Assembly: GCF_046119375.1 (NCBI RefSeq)
Contig: NW_027362764.1
Span: forward strand, 283,154,001-283,218,000
Source: Phyllobates terribilis
Taxonomy: Eukaryota
DNA: 64,000 nucleotides
Direction of reading: 5' to 3'
This document shows positions 23,601 to 36,430 of this stretch, in pieces. The translations under genes and the position numbers were made by a program. The first letter of the stretch is position 1, and each line of letters begins with the position of its first letter. The notes under the pieces are model-generated. The model saw nothing but the letters and a program-made list of their open reading frames with translations, was not told the origin of the DNA and did no database searches.

Positions 23601-25320
23601 CACAGACTGGTGTGTGATGTCCCCACGCGTTGGAACTCTAAACTGCAGATGTTGGGAAGGATTTGTGAGCAGAAGAGGGCAGTTGTTGAGTACCAGCATC
23701 AATAAGGCCGTCGGTATTCAGTTCAGACTCCACACATAAGACCTCAGGAGTGGACATGGATGTCAGACATATGTACCATCCTTCAAAACTTTGAGGACTC
23801 CACCAAGATGGTGAGCGGCGATGACGCCATAATTAGCGTCACCATCCCGCTTCTCTGTCTTCTGAAACACTCTCTGCTCACAATCAAAGAGGATGCATTG
23901 CAGACGGAGCACGATGAGATGGAGCAAGGAACCATACAGGGTGATTACACACAGCCCAGCCTCATCTCATCCCAACGTGGATTGGGTGACATTGAGGAAG
24001 AGGAGGAGGATGAAGGACAGGAGCTAGTTTCATGCGCTATAGACGGTACTACCTGCACAGCTGTCATACTGTCTGTTCAGCGTGGATGGCCAGAGGACAG
24101 AGAGGAGGAGGAGGAGAGCATGGTCAGCCATCCTCTTGGTGAGGACACAGAAGTCTTGCCTGTTAGTAGTCTGGCACGCATGGCTGAGAGTTTAGTTTAT
24201 GCTGCCTTTCCAATGACCCTCGCGTTCTCAAAATTTTGGGTGACAGTCATTACTGGTTGGTGACACTTTTAGACCCACGCTACAAGGAGAACTTTATATC
24301 TCTTATTCCTGAGGCGGACAGGTCTACAAAAATGGGGCAGTACCAGAAGACCCTTGTTGCGGAACTGTTAAAAAAATTCCCATCTGAAAACGCTGGCGGC
24401 ATAGGGCACACTTCGTTGGACAATCAAGGAGTACAGGCGAGAGAGACACAACTTCAATCCATCAGAGGCAGGGGAACACTGTCAAAGTTCTGGGAGAGTT
24501 TTCTCAGACCCTCCCATCGCACAGGCCCTGAGGCGCGGGGTACTCTCACAAGGAGTGCAACGTTTGGGAAGATGCTGAGGGAGTACCTTGCCGACCGTAC
24601 CAATGTCCTCTGTGATTCCTCTGTGCCTTATAATTATTGGGTATCCAAGCTGGATACGTGGAATGAACTGGCTCTATATGCCTTGGAGGTCTTGGCCTGC
24701 CCTGCTGCCAGCGTTTTATCAGAGCGGGTTTTTAGTGCCGCTGGTGAAATTATAACTGATAAGCGCATCCGCCTGTCAACTGAAAATGCTGACAGGCTGA
24801 CTCTTATAAAAATGAACAAGGGCTGGATTGGGCCAGACTTCTCAACACCACCGAATGATAGCAGCATAACATAAACTCAAATCCAGTGTCTTTTCTTGGG
24901 AGGTGTATTCCCATGCACCTTTTCACACCCACACATGGGTATACGCTTCCTGATTTTGGCTATTTGCTTTTGTCCTCCTCCTTCTCCTCATCCTCCACCA
25001 CCATATCACCAGGGTGACCGTGGTCTGTGATGCAACACCAACATAATTTTTTTAAAGGGTGTTTATGATGCCTGTAAAAAAAAAAATTATTCATGTATAC
25101 TCCCCAGGGGTAAATGTTTGTCAGCCCATACACTTAGTGTATGGGCATTACAAGTATAGGAGGCCCACTCCTTTCTAATGGGAACATTTTTTTATGAGGC
25201 CCTCCTCCACGTCTCTTCCAAGGGGCATTGGAGTGCCTCCAAATTTTTGGCAACCCTTGCATTCACTGCATAGGCCAGCACTATGGGAGACCCACTTCCT
25301 AATAATGGGAACATTGTTTT
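20643..25320 (+). mobile_element. hAT transposon with decayed transposase; right TIR not found
   Basis: The left end tagtgatgag resembles the 9352 element, and 20760-20830 matches its subterminal 9539-9602. The right boundary is approximate. Confidence 0.8.
21561..24874 (+). pseudogene. BED-finger hAT transposase pseudogene
   Basis: BED finger (VWLFF...AICTICQ...MIRHM), LLALEMLPFRLVE, CLAHVLNL, DVPTRWNS, LLDPRYK and the dimerisation domain (LACPAASVLSERVFS...KMN). Multiple stops and frameshifts. Confidence 0.93.
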
Positions 25321-25900
25321 GAGGACAGCTTCAGACCAAAATCCAGCGAGTGAGGAGATTCCAGCAATGTGGTGTAATTAAAATTTCCATTTATTCGAAG
25401 GATGATATTTCCATAAAAAATGCACTTACAGAAAGAGCCAATTCACACCATATGGGTAAACAGAGTAAAAAAAACGCTATGCGTTTTGGCTTAGAAAAGC
25501 CTTAATCATGGTTGGTACGGCTGAAAATGACAGGGAGCGATACCTGCCGCTCAAGCACTTGAGTTGGGGTAGAGATTGGCGTGCACTCAGTAGTAATGAT
25601 TTGAGGTGGAGGTGAAGAGGGATGTAACCCGGTAAACCTTGAGAAACGATTCACCGCACACTCTCCTGACAGGACGCAACTGATGAAGGCGCATGAGCAC
25701 ACGTCCACAATGCCACCCCAGCGACCTTATGAATAAGACCCGGGCAGGGTCGAAACGTTAATTTTTCTTAGTCGCAATTCCATGCGCCTTTCAAAGTCAT
25801 TGCTTATGTCTCAATCACTACTTGTGAAATAAACTGTCTGCAATTTATTAAGAGTGTGCGGTGAATCGTTTCTCATGCACTTGAGTTGGCAGATGTCTGT
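25320..25900. mobile_element. Penelope-like terminal fragments with relic hammerhead-like motifs in both orientations
   Basis: Plus strand gaccc-gggca-gggtc-GAAAC at 25737-25756. Minus-strand relic ...aaggct-tttcta-agcc-aaaacgca near 25480-25512. Confidence 0.4.
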
Positions 25901-28129
25901 GGATGTGACGTCACCGGCCCTACTTACCTCCCTCTATGGAAGGTGAGCGGGGCTGATTATCCCTTTAAGACTATAAGGCAGGTCATTGATGGGTTAAAGT
26001 CTAATCATACAATATAATAAATAATGGTATTTTTGTGAACATGTCCATAAACACATATAACTATACAAAGTGGTCACAGATATGTTGTCATGGAGACCAC
26101 CGACAAGAAAAGCACTCAAAAACTAACCCCATTGTTAAAGTGAACAAAATACTTTTTTTCCTTCATAGAATAAATATCTTTCAAATTAAATTTAGAGTTT
26201 AGGGTGCATGTCTTTCTAAAGCGCTGTCCAATATAAAATAATTTTCACTATTAGATAATTTACCAGATAGGGTCTGTTAGTTTCCTTAGAATTTAAAATT
26301 GGGTCTATAATCTCTGCTTTTCATATCTTTCCTGCTTTACTTGCTTTGGCACTGATAGGTCAATCAAGAGGTCAATGTTACTTGCACAATACATCTATTG
26401 AAAATGTACAACTCCATTCTCTTGAAAATACAGAGGTTGGATGCTGTGTTGCTGCTTTTCTTGTGAACTTCAACATTTCTAAAAACAGAATATGACAGAC
26501 CTTATTCAGTTTCTTGTTGGAACCGGAGTACATCTGCGCGAATCTACATGGCTTGTCAGCATGGATGTTTTTACTCTTGCTTTCTAACATTGAAAAAAAT
26601 ATAAATAGGAAAGTGGAATATTAATTTCTGTTCACCATATGTCCAGTGTGTTGGGTTCTCTCATGTAGTTAGCGCTCACACGGTTGATAAAAACATGTTA
26701 GAAAATGTTTCATAATTCGTGTTTTATGCAACACATTTCACACTTTCCCTGACAGATGCTTATGGGGCTTCAAAGGTATGGTGTTTGGCCCAAAAGATGA
26801 AGATGAAGATGAAAAGATGAAGGCCCTGATTATTCAAAGCAATTTTGTCAAAATTCTGGTGTAAGTTGCAAAATTTTTGAGCAACTTGAAATTGTGCAAA
26901 CATTTTGCCGCTTTTGGGCATTTTCACACCAGTTTCTCCCAGCTCTGTCAAAAAGGGAGAAGCTGGGGTGTGACCGGGCCATGACGCCACAGCTTGTCTA
27001 ATTCATGACAAGCTGCAGTTTACCTTACCCCTGAAATCTTACTCCAGTCCCTGAAAATTGGGATCATACGCGTAATTATCAAGGCATTTACACCACAAAG
27101 TCATAGATCAACCTGTCCCATTGTCTTTCCTTTATAGAAAAAAATAAAACTGGGAATCATTAGAATGAACCTAACTTTGCTGTGAAGGTGACATTTCTTA
27201 CAGTTGATGACCTCTTTGTACCACAAACCAGGCACAATTGATAGTGGAAGCCTCTCTTTGCTACAGTTCTTAGTTCAGCGATGGGTATGAAAAGTGGGAA
27301 ATTACAGACTGGTGAAGGCATATACAAAGGTGTAGATAGTTGATATGTAGGATTATTATATTATGCCCCAAATAATTTCCCATACAGTAAATTGCATTGC
27401 TTTATACATTTGCATAAACAAAGATCATGTATTTATTCATTTGATATCTACACTATCCTTACTGCTTCACGATGAATAGTTTTAAATATAGCTGGAATTT
27501 GATTACTGGTTTCATCTGAAGCAATGTAACCCACAGTTGCAGAATGACGTGAACTATACTAAGAGAAACCTCACTAACAAGCAAGCTAGAGGATAAAGAC
27601 TCTATACTAGATTAAAAGGTCATAAAAATATACTAAATCGCTATTTGAATTGTAAATCAGAATATAATATCCTTAGACTTGAAAGCATCATTTTTATTCC
27701 AGGCATGTTCTCTTGTTGGATGTTATAAGTATAGTATTTTGTATAATATGTCAAGTCAATTTATGCCCAATTATATATGGAACAAATGTAATTATAGTGC
27801 AAACAAAATTTGTTATACGTAAATATAAATCAGTTAACTGTAGACATTTCTTATGGATAAGTTGACATAAAATGTTATAAATAATATTGAAAAAAGAAAT
27901 AAGTTGAGTCTAGGAAAAATTGCAAAACAAATAGAATATGGCAGCGTATTTTCAAATTCATTATTATTTGATTTTTATACTGTATATTTAACTGAATAGC
28001 TTACTAAGCTTTTGTACTTTTTTGTACATATGGAAAAATGGAAACTTTAATTTTTAGTTCAATATAGTGTATATGCTGTATAGACGCCATTGCCCTGAGC
28101 AAATTGATACGTTTCTTATAAAAATGTAC

Positions 28130-28740
28130 TGTCACAGGGAATACTGCGACAATGAGGGACCAGAAGATTGTGGCATCTGGTTAACCAAACTCCTGCACTG
28201 ATTAGAACTTCTTCACCATCATACTAAAAAGTGAAGGTTTTCTTTGCTAGGGTTAATCAGTTCAGTTGATCTCCTGGAGCTCTCCATCATGGATTGCCTC
28301 AGCTGTTCTGTGTTGGACACTCCTCTCTGGTATATATGCTTGCCACTGGCATTTGGGAATTGCCAGTGATAGTTCATTCTGCCTGGTTTGGAGTTGGAGG
28401 TGTTGTTCGGTGTTTGGAGTTGGCAGTTGGCCAGTTGTTTTGGAGATTTCTGCATGGAGTTTGCATTTTCATCTTCATCCTCTCCTATTTGGTTTCACCT
28501 ACCTTACCCTCCCCTGTGTTCAACTCTATTGTTTGGTGATTGTATTTTGTATGATTGTAGTTTTCATTTATCCCTATCTATCTTCCTTTGTCTATCTGGT
28601 TAGTGTAATCCTATAAACGTCAGCCTTACACCTTCCTGGAGGGGGGGGGGGGGGGGCAGGGATAGACTAGGGTGCCCCTTAGCATGAAGGATAGGGAAGG
28701 AGCCTCTTGCCCCGAGAAATCCTGCAACAGTACTGTGACA
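28130..28740. mobile_element. Solo LTR (611 bp) of a Ty3/gypsy-type element
   Basis: Termini tgtcacag ... ctgtgaca; 5-bp TSD tgtac at 28125-28129 and 28741-28745. Confidence 0.85.
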
Positions 28741-29727
28741 TGTACCTTACTATTGTAGACAAATCCGCCATTGAAGTTAAATGCAACTTAGCTGCAAGTG
28801 CTTTGGGGAGTGTCAAAGCACATACAGCTCTCCGGCCCTCACTTTTTATACGCCGGCATGTGCCTGGCTCCTGCGTTTGACTGACAGGTCAGTCCAGCCT
28901 CTGTTATCTGTTACTCCTTGCCAAGATCTCGAGTACTGACACTGACAATGATCCCAGGTACTGACTGCTCTTGCTAGAGATTTCGGTGATAGGTAGCAGA
29001 TGACAGAGACTGGACTGACCTGTAAATTAAATGCAGAAAGCAGGAAATGCCCGGGAATAAGTAATGACTGTGGTAGTGTTTTGACCCTTCCCAAAGTATT
29101 TGCAGCTAATTTGCATGTGATTCAAAGGCAGATTTCTCAGCAATGGAAGGGTGGATTTCTACAAAAAAGCTATCAATTTACTAAAGTAACAGCACATATA
29201 CAGCCATACCTTTTAATTTCAGGTATAAATTCCTCCTGACAGGTTTCCCTTAAATAGCACTAGTGCACCAAAAAGCTTTTAATTTAATTGAGAGAACGTA
29301 TAAAGTTTCATCACTGTATTTGGAATTATTGGTAGGGTTGTAAGTGGACCCCTAATGTTACGACAGAAACATTACATTTATTGTAAAACAAAGCTCAAGT
29401 GAAATAGATTTTTACTGTGCTGGAAGTTAGCAAGGGCATTGCCACAGGCCTCATGATTATTCCATTACTTTATCCAAAAAACATGAATCACAGGCAGCAT
29501 GCCCAGAATATAACAATGTTTAATGCCTTTTTTCACTTATAACTGGCCCTGCACAGCTAAAGTGTTTTTCCTTTTATAAGCTTAGGATTGTCATAGTTGG
29601 GGGCACATGCTCAACACCCTCCACTGTGAGCCAAAGTAGAGACCTGCTGCAAAGAGACCCCTGCTCCGGGAGACGTCACTCAAGCATGTATTACATGTGG
29701 CCATGTGTCCACCAATCACTTGGCCAA

Positions 29728-31237
29728 CAGCTACTGTACTTTGCTTACATTTTGGACAGGTGTGGATAAAGTTAGAATGCTTGCAAAAATATAAGTGTTA
29801 ATAGTTTATTTTTATTTTTATTTTTATGAATTAACAAAATACAAAGTGAATGAACCAAAGAGAAATTCAAATCAAATTAAAATTTGGTGTGACCATCCTT
29901 TGCTTTCAAAACAGCATAGAGGTTGTTCCAAACATCTTGGAGAACTATCTAAAGATCTTCTGTGGATGTAGGTTTGTGCAGATCCTTTCATGTCTTCAAC
30001 TAATGTCAAAAAGACTTGATGATGTTGAGATCTCTGTTGTGGCCATATTATAGCTTCCAGGGCTCCTTGATCTTCTTTTCAGTGAAGATCGTTCTTAATG
30101 ACATTGGCTGTATGTTTGGGGTCATTGTCCTTCTGAAAAATAAATTTGGAGCCAATCAGATACCTCTCTGATGGTATTACATGATGGATAAATATCTGCA
30201 TGTATTGCTGAGCGTTGAGGACACCATTAATCCTGAACAAATTCACAGCTTCAGTTGCTAAATGCAGCTCCAAACTTGGGGAACCCCCACCATGCTTCAC
30301 TATTGCTTGAAAACACTCATTATTGTACCGTTCTCCAGCCTTTTGGCAAAATTTTTCTTCTGTTATAGGCTAATATTTAAAAATTTGACTCATCAGTCCA
30401 GAGCATTGGCTGCCATTTTTCTGCACCCCAGTTCCTATATTTTTGTACATGAGTTGGTTGGCCTTGTTTCCATGCCAAAAGTATGGCTTTTTGGATGCAA
30501 TTCTTCCGTGAAGACAATTTACTGTATATGCAGATTTCTCTGAACAATAGATGAGTGCAGCTGGGACCCACTTAATTCTGCCAGTTCTGAGATGTCTCTG
30601 CTGGACATGTTCACATTGCAAAGAAAAGAAAGAATGATTTCTATATAATCTGCTGCACTAAGTTTCCTTGTCTCACCATTGCGTTGGCGGTTCTCAACAT
30701 TGTCCATTACTTGGTGCATCTTCAATTTGAACAGCACATTCTTGAAACCCCAGACTGCTTTCAAATCTTTGTCTGGGGGAGACTTTCCTGATCCGGTATA
30801 ACTACCTTTTTTTCTTGTTACTGTGCTCAGTCTTGCCATGGTGTATGACCTGTGACATGAAACTATCTTCCATAACCTTTCCTTTTGGCTGTTCCTCACC
30901 CAATTTTAAACCTTCTACACAGCTGTTTCTGTTTCAGTTAATGACTGTGTTTCAAACTACTTTTTGAAAATGATGATCATTATCACCTGTTTGGTATAAT
31001 TGATTAATCATACATTTTAATATAATCCTATAAAATTCCTGACTTTATAAAATTGTACCCAGAAGAATTGATTGGCTTTTAAAGAAATTGTGGTCACACC
31101 AAATATTTATTCCTTTTTTTGTTCATTCACTTTATATTTTAATTGATAAAAATAAGACATTAACAATTCTATTTTTGAAAGCATTCTTAATTTGCAGCAT
31201 TTCTTCCACATCTGCATAAAAATATAGCACAGTACTG
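29728..31237 (-). mobile_element. Degenerate Tc1 with DD38E-type spacing
   Basis: Fragments GRIASKKP, MKHGGG and FIFQKDNDPKHTANVIKNDLH*KEDQGALEAIIWP, with the same D-to-WP spacing as the 1-1193 copy. The right end is cacagtactg followed by TA; the left end is approximate. Confidence 0.8.
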
Positions 31238-32729
31238 TATATCTATTGATTACTTTATGCGCATACACACTGTGACTAAGACACTGATTTTTTTCTTGTG
31301 CACAAAAGGGTTGGGCAGTGAAATTCAATATCCCTTATCCTTATTGGCAGGAGGAGTCAGGAGGTCGGATACAAATCAGATGGGTAGCTGGCCCCATTGA
31401 ACTCTGCTATTTCAACCAATTTTAATCTAATCTTTAGATTATGGAGGAAATACTTGTTGATATTGATATCACTAGGCTTTTATCTGTAACAGCTGTATAT
31501 TTATCTTTCCCCCCATTTTTTATTAATCCTGTTTTATTACTACATCCATGAGTGATATATCGACATGAACATTACATCCTATGCTCTGTTTTGTGTCATT
31601 TTAGGCTACTTTCAGCTAAGCATCAATACTCAATGTATTTCCACAGCCTCTGTCCCCACAGTGAAATGAAGCGCCATTAGTGACATCTGTTTCATAGTTT
31701 GGGCTAGTCCTTGCTGTACTTGGCCATTAAACAAACTTTAGAATAACCCTTTAAGGCCCTTCCAGCAAGTTCAGCATAAGAGCAGAATGCAAGAAAATAA
31801 GTGCCTACATTTTAAAAAGGGATTATAGATAGCTTTTGCCATTACTAATGCGAAGTGCATGAATCTGCCAGAAAGAGGTTTTAGATAATAGAATTGTACG
31901 ATGGGCCAAAATAAAGCAGAACCAGAAGTTAATGCTTAATGGGCCTCATTCACCAAAACTGTCTTACAATAAAGATGTCTTTGTTGCCCAGATCAACCAA
32001 TCAGAGCTCAGCTTTCATTTTCCAGAGCGATGTGAGAAATGAGTGAGGCCCACCATATCCTTTTCTGCCAGTAGTGTGCTTCTCTTTGGGGAAGGCAGTG
32101 TGTCCGGAGGCCATATTAGATTAAAAAAAGGGTTGAGATAGTGGTGTCCTTTGTACACACAGGTTCATCCACAGAAACACAGGGTTGTGTCACTGGTCAA
32201 TTTTCAGATTTTCCTGCAAAAAAAACGATATGCGTGGTTTGGCGCTATGGTGGCCCCCTCAAAAAATAGTAAATTCCAAGTTAATTAGAAGCCTAAGGAA
32301 GACTACATTATAATTTTTCCTGCAGGAGCTCATCAGCTGAACAATATGTCACCATGTATTCACATCGCTTTACCTAACACTATACTGAATAGAAGAGTTA
32401 AAGGAGGGGGAGGAAAAGAAGCATGTCGTATAATCCACTTGGCTACTGGATATGATAGCAGATGGCCATTTTGATTTCTAGCATTTCATGTAACAGATAA
32501 GAAGGTCATCCTTACCATCATCTATTATCCTCTATCTTAGGGCAACAAGGATCAGTTTTTGGTGGCCCAAGCTTTTCTATAGCAGGTGTGCTAGGTGGAA
32601 CTGTCTGTGGTCCAGAAAGAACAGATCCAGGAAAGATAAAAGTTGTGTCATTAACACCAAAGAAAACACCAGAATGTATGGAACAACGGGTTCTAGACTG
32701 AGGAGGCAAGGCTAAGGTTATTTAGAAAC

Positions 32730-33000
32730 CGTATTAGGAAATATGCGTGGTACAAACCAAAGACAGCCTTTTGTTATGATATCTACAGTGAAGCATGACG
32801 GCTGAAAAGTATTCAGTTTGCTCTACTGCATCTGGGAATTGTCAGATCAGAGAATCCATTATGATTTTTTTTGTGAAAACTGCCCTGACACATGGCAATG
32901 ACCATAAACATACCAGTAAATTCACCAGGGAATTGCTGAAAGAAACAGGTTTTTGCATGGTCAGGTCAAAGCTTGAAACTAAATCCTAGTGACACGCTGT
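32730..33000 (+). pseudogene. Very decayed Tc1 transposase fragment
   Basis: TVKHDG and HGNDHKHTSKFTRELLK resemble TVKHGG and [10 protein letters not shown]. Confidence 0.4.
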
Positions 33001-34089
33001 TGGTGATGCTAAAGTGCACGTATCATTTTACCAAACTTGACTGATACGCTCCTTAGTTTTTTTTGTTCAGCTCTACCTCGAGAGCAGACAGAGCTATGTC
33101 ATAGAAAGTTGACACATCAGTATTATATAGCTAACAAATTTTGATATCAGTATTATATGTCATAGCGTGTCTATGTGGTAGATATTCTTTAACTCTGCTA
33201 TACATACTTAATCTGTGTCCATTCAGAAAGTCCATGTATGTGCAGCTGTAACCCACAATTTAAGCTGCCACTCAGCCACTAACTCATAAATTGTTCCCCA
33301 TCACTCTGTGGTGTGGCACCATAGATGACCGCCTACTTCGCCTCCTTGGCCTACCTGTTATGGCCTAAGATACAGTTACCATGTGGCCATGTGGATATAG
33401 ACCTCTAGCCTCTCAGAAACCTATGGCTATTGAAAACAGCCATTTCTGGTGGGTGGTAACTGCTCTAATGAGGTTACTGTCTGACAGTGATACAATGGAC
33501 GTGGAGCCTGATCAGAAAGCAGGACAGCTGCTCAACACTCTGTGGAATATAAAGTCTAACCATTGAGTACAGTGACAGACAACTACATCACAAACCTTGA
33601 GGTACCTCATTGAACAAGCGGTTCCAACCATATTGAACAGCAGGAGCATTGGATGAATATTTGATCTAATACAGATATTACGTTAGGTAGTGTGGTAAGA
33701 GACTTCCATTTCCACACATGTCCAATCTGAACATCATTTCATGATATATTTTTTATATTTTTTCGACATTCAACCAAGTATATATAGGGTGGGCCATTTA
33801 TATGGATACACCTAAATAAAATGTGAATGGTTGGTGATATCAACTTCCTGTTTGTGGAACATTAGTATATGGGAGGGGGAAAACTTTTCCAGATGAGTGG
33901 TGACCATGGTGGCCATTTTGAAGTTGGCCATTTTGGATCCAACTTTATTTTTTTCAATGGGAAGAGGGTCATGTGACACATCAAACTTATTGAGAATTTC
34001 ATAAGAAAAACAATGGTGTGCTTGGTTTTAACGTAACTTTAATCTTTCATGAGTTTTTTACAAGTTTCTCTTTGTTTACAGCCATTGAC

Positions 34090-35661
34090 ATGTTGCAGAG
34101 GTTAACACGTGAGGAGCAGGTAGAAATTGTGTTGATGTCTGGTGTACGCAGTACCCGGGTCATTGCAGTAGATTTCAATGCAAGACACCCTACGAGACCA
34201 CCCATCTCCCATGCTACAGTTAGCAAACTGCTTGCCAAATTTCATGTAACAGGTTCAGTGTTGGATTTGCCAAAATGTGGACGCAAGAAAACTGTCACTA
34301 ATGAAGAAACATCAGTGGCTATCCTAGCTTCATTCTGCAAGAGCCCACAGCATAGCACTCGTCGCATGTCACTGGAGAGTAGCATCAATCGAACATCCCT
34401 TCAGTGGATATTAGCTACTCACAAATGGCACCCTTACAAAATCCCGCTGCTGCAGCATCTCAACGAGGATGACCCAGATCGGCGCACTGAATTTGCAGAA
34501 TGGGCAAAACAAAAATTGGAACAGGACCCTCAGTTTACACAGAACATTATACTCAGTGATGAGGCAAACTTTTTTGTGAATGGTGAAGTTAACAAACAAA
34601 ACCACCGCTATTGGTCTGACACTAACCCACAGTGGATAGATCCCTCCAAAACTGTTGGAACACAAAAACTGATGGTATGGTGTGGTATATGGGGTACAAA
34701 GATAGTAGGGCCATTGTTCATCGATGGAAACCTCAATGCTACTGGATATCTGAAATTGCTACATGATGATGTGTTGCCCTCTGTATGCACTGAAGATGGC
34801 AAGTTCCCTGAGTTTTTCCAACAAGATGGTGCACCACCACATTATGGGTGTCAGGTCCGAGCATTCCTACATGAACAGTTTCCTGGAAAGTGGATTGGTC
34901 ATTGTGGGCCAGTTGAATGGCCACTAAGGTCTCCCGATCTGACCCCCTTAGACTTTTATCTTTGGGGTCATCTGAAGGTAATTGTCTATGCTGTGAAGAT
35001 ACAAGATGTGCAGCATCTGAAATAATGGATAAATACACATAAATGGATAATCAGACTCATTTCCAGTATAATATTCTATTTAAGAAAATAATGAGGATAC
35101 CCAATATTAATTGTATTAATTCTCATTAAAGTAAATCAAAGAGTGATGATTCATGTGGCATCAAAATTTATAAGTTTATTACATCAAAAAATTACAATAA
35201 TACACAATCAACAGCCACCCCTTATATAAAATTGCCCCTAAAAAAGACCCGTTTAAAAGACTTGGGCAGTGTGGTTCTAGATGAAAATATAGTTTGGCAT
35301 CATGATTAAATACTTCAATTTAGTAATAGACATGATACAAAGATTAAATTCATAAATTCCCAAGATAGGGTAGCATGGATAACATATATTGTAAGTTTCA
35401 TATACATACAGCTTTATGATAACAATCATTCATAACAATAATTCTAGTTGCAATACATGATTCTGAGATATTAAAGGCAAATATATGTATCACATATACA
35501 AAAATAAAAATCTGAAACAACGGATACTGGAAGCCTGTGCTAGCATTTCTTCTACGGTGTTGCTATCAGTGTGTCAAGAGTGGAAGCAGAGGGTTGCATT
35601 GACAATCCAACACAATGGACAGCACTTTGAACACATTTTATATGTGGTCTTAAACTTGTAA
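34090..35661 (+). pseudogene. DD41D transposase interrupted by one insertion; 358 aa and stop-free once it is removed
   Basis: 34090-35022 (311 aa, ...VQHLK) joins in frame to 35518-35661 (QRILEACASIS...HNGQHFEHILYVVLNL*). Confidence 0.9.
35023..35509. mobile_element. Unclassified 487-bp AT-rich insertion with an 8-bp TSD
   Basis: atctgaaa is duplicated at 35015-35022 and 35510-35517; no TIRs recognised. Confidence 0.75.
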
Positions 35662-36156
35662 ATAACTCATAAAAGAATAAAAATGGCCGACTTCAAAATG
35701 GCCGCCATGGTCACCACCCATCTGGAAAAGTTTTCCCCCTCCCATATACTAATGTGCCATAAACAGGAAGTTGATATCACCAACCATTCCCATTTAATTT
35801 AGGTGTATCCATATAAATGGCCAACCCTGTAGAATGGTATCACACAAAATGCACTCACATCGCAACAAAAAGCGCAAGTGTATTTTTTGCAGTTGTTACA
35901 AATTTTTAGTACTAAGGCAGTTCACACATCAATTCTGAGTACTATATATTGTAATCACTGGTATTTGCATGATATATTTTAATCAAAGTGCAATAATTCT
36001 TCCACAAGGGCCCTGTGGTAGTTTTTATTCAGGTACCATATCACTGATTGTATTTATTTTTATATGTAATAAATTACTAATTGGTGGATTTCTATGTGTC
36101 TATGTGTACTTTTGTTCAATTCTACTACATATTACTAGTATGGCGTTCCACTTTTA

Positions 36157-36430
36157 GGCTATGTTCACACCTGTTGGGTTTTTCAGCGTTTTTTTGCTGC
36201 AATTTTTATGCAAATTGTCAGCTACATTTTGCAGTACCAGCAAAATCTCTGAGAAACTAGAATTCTCTGTTCACACATCTTTTTTTTTGTTGTTGAATAT
36301 TTTGTGCCTTACTTTGGTTTTTGAAAAATAGAGCATGTCACTTCTTTCAACGTTTTTTCAGCGTTTTTCACCCATTGGAAGTAATGGGTAGTGAAAAAAC
36401 GCTGAAAAAAAATGATGTGTGAACATAGCT
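36157..36430. mobile_element. PIF/Harbinger-like MITE
   Basis: TIR ggctatgttcacac ... gtgtgaacatagc. Confidence 0.7.

Larger units (their letters stand above)
33785..35829 (+). mobile_element. Tc1/mariner DD41D (rosa/Visitor) element with ~147-bp TIRs and TA TSD
   Basis: TIRs at 33785-33931 and 35682-35829. Motifs SDEANF, FQQDGAPPHY-(41)-SPDLTPLDFYLWG. Confidence 0.93.
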
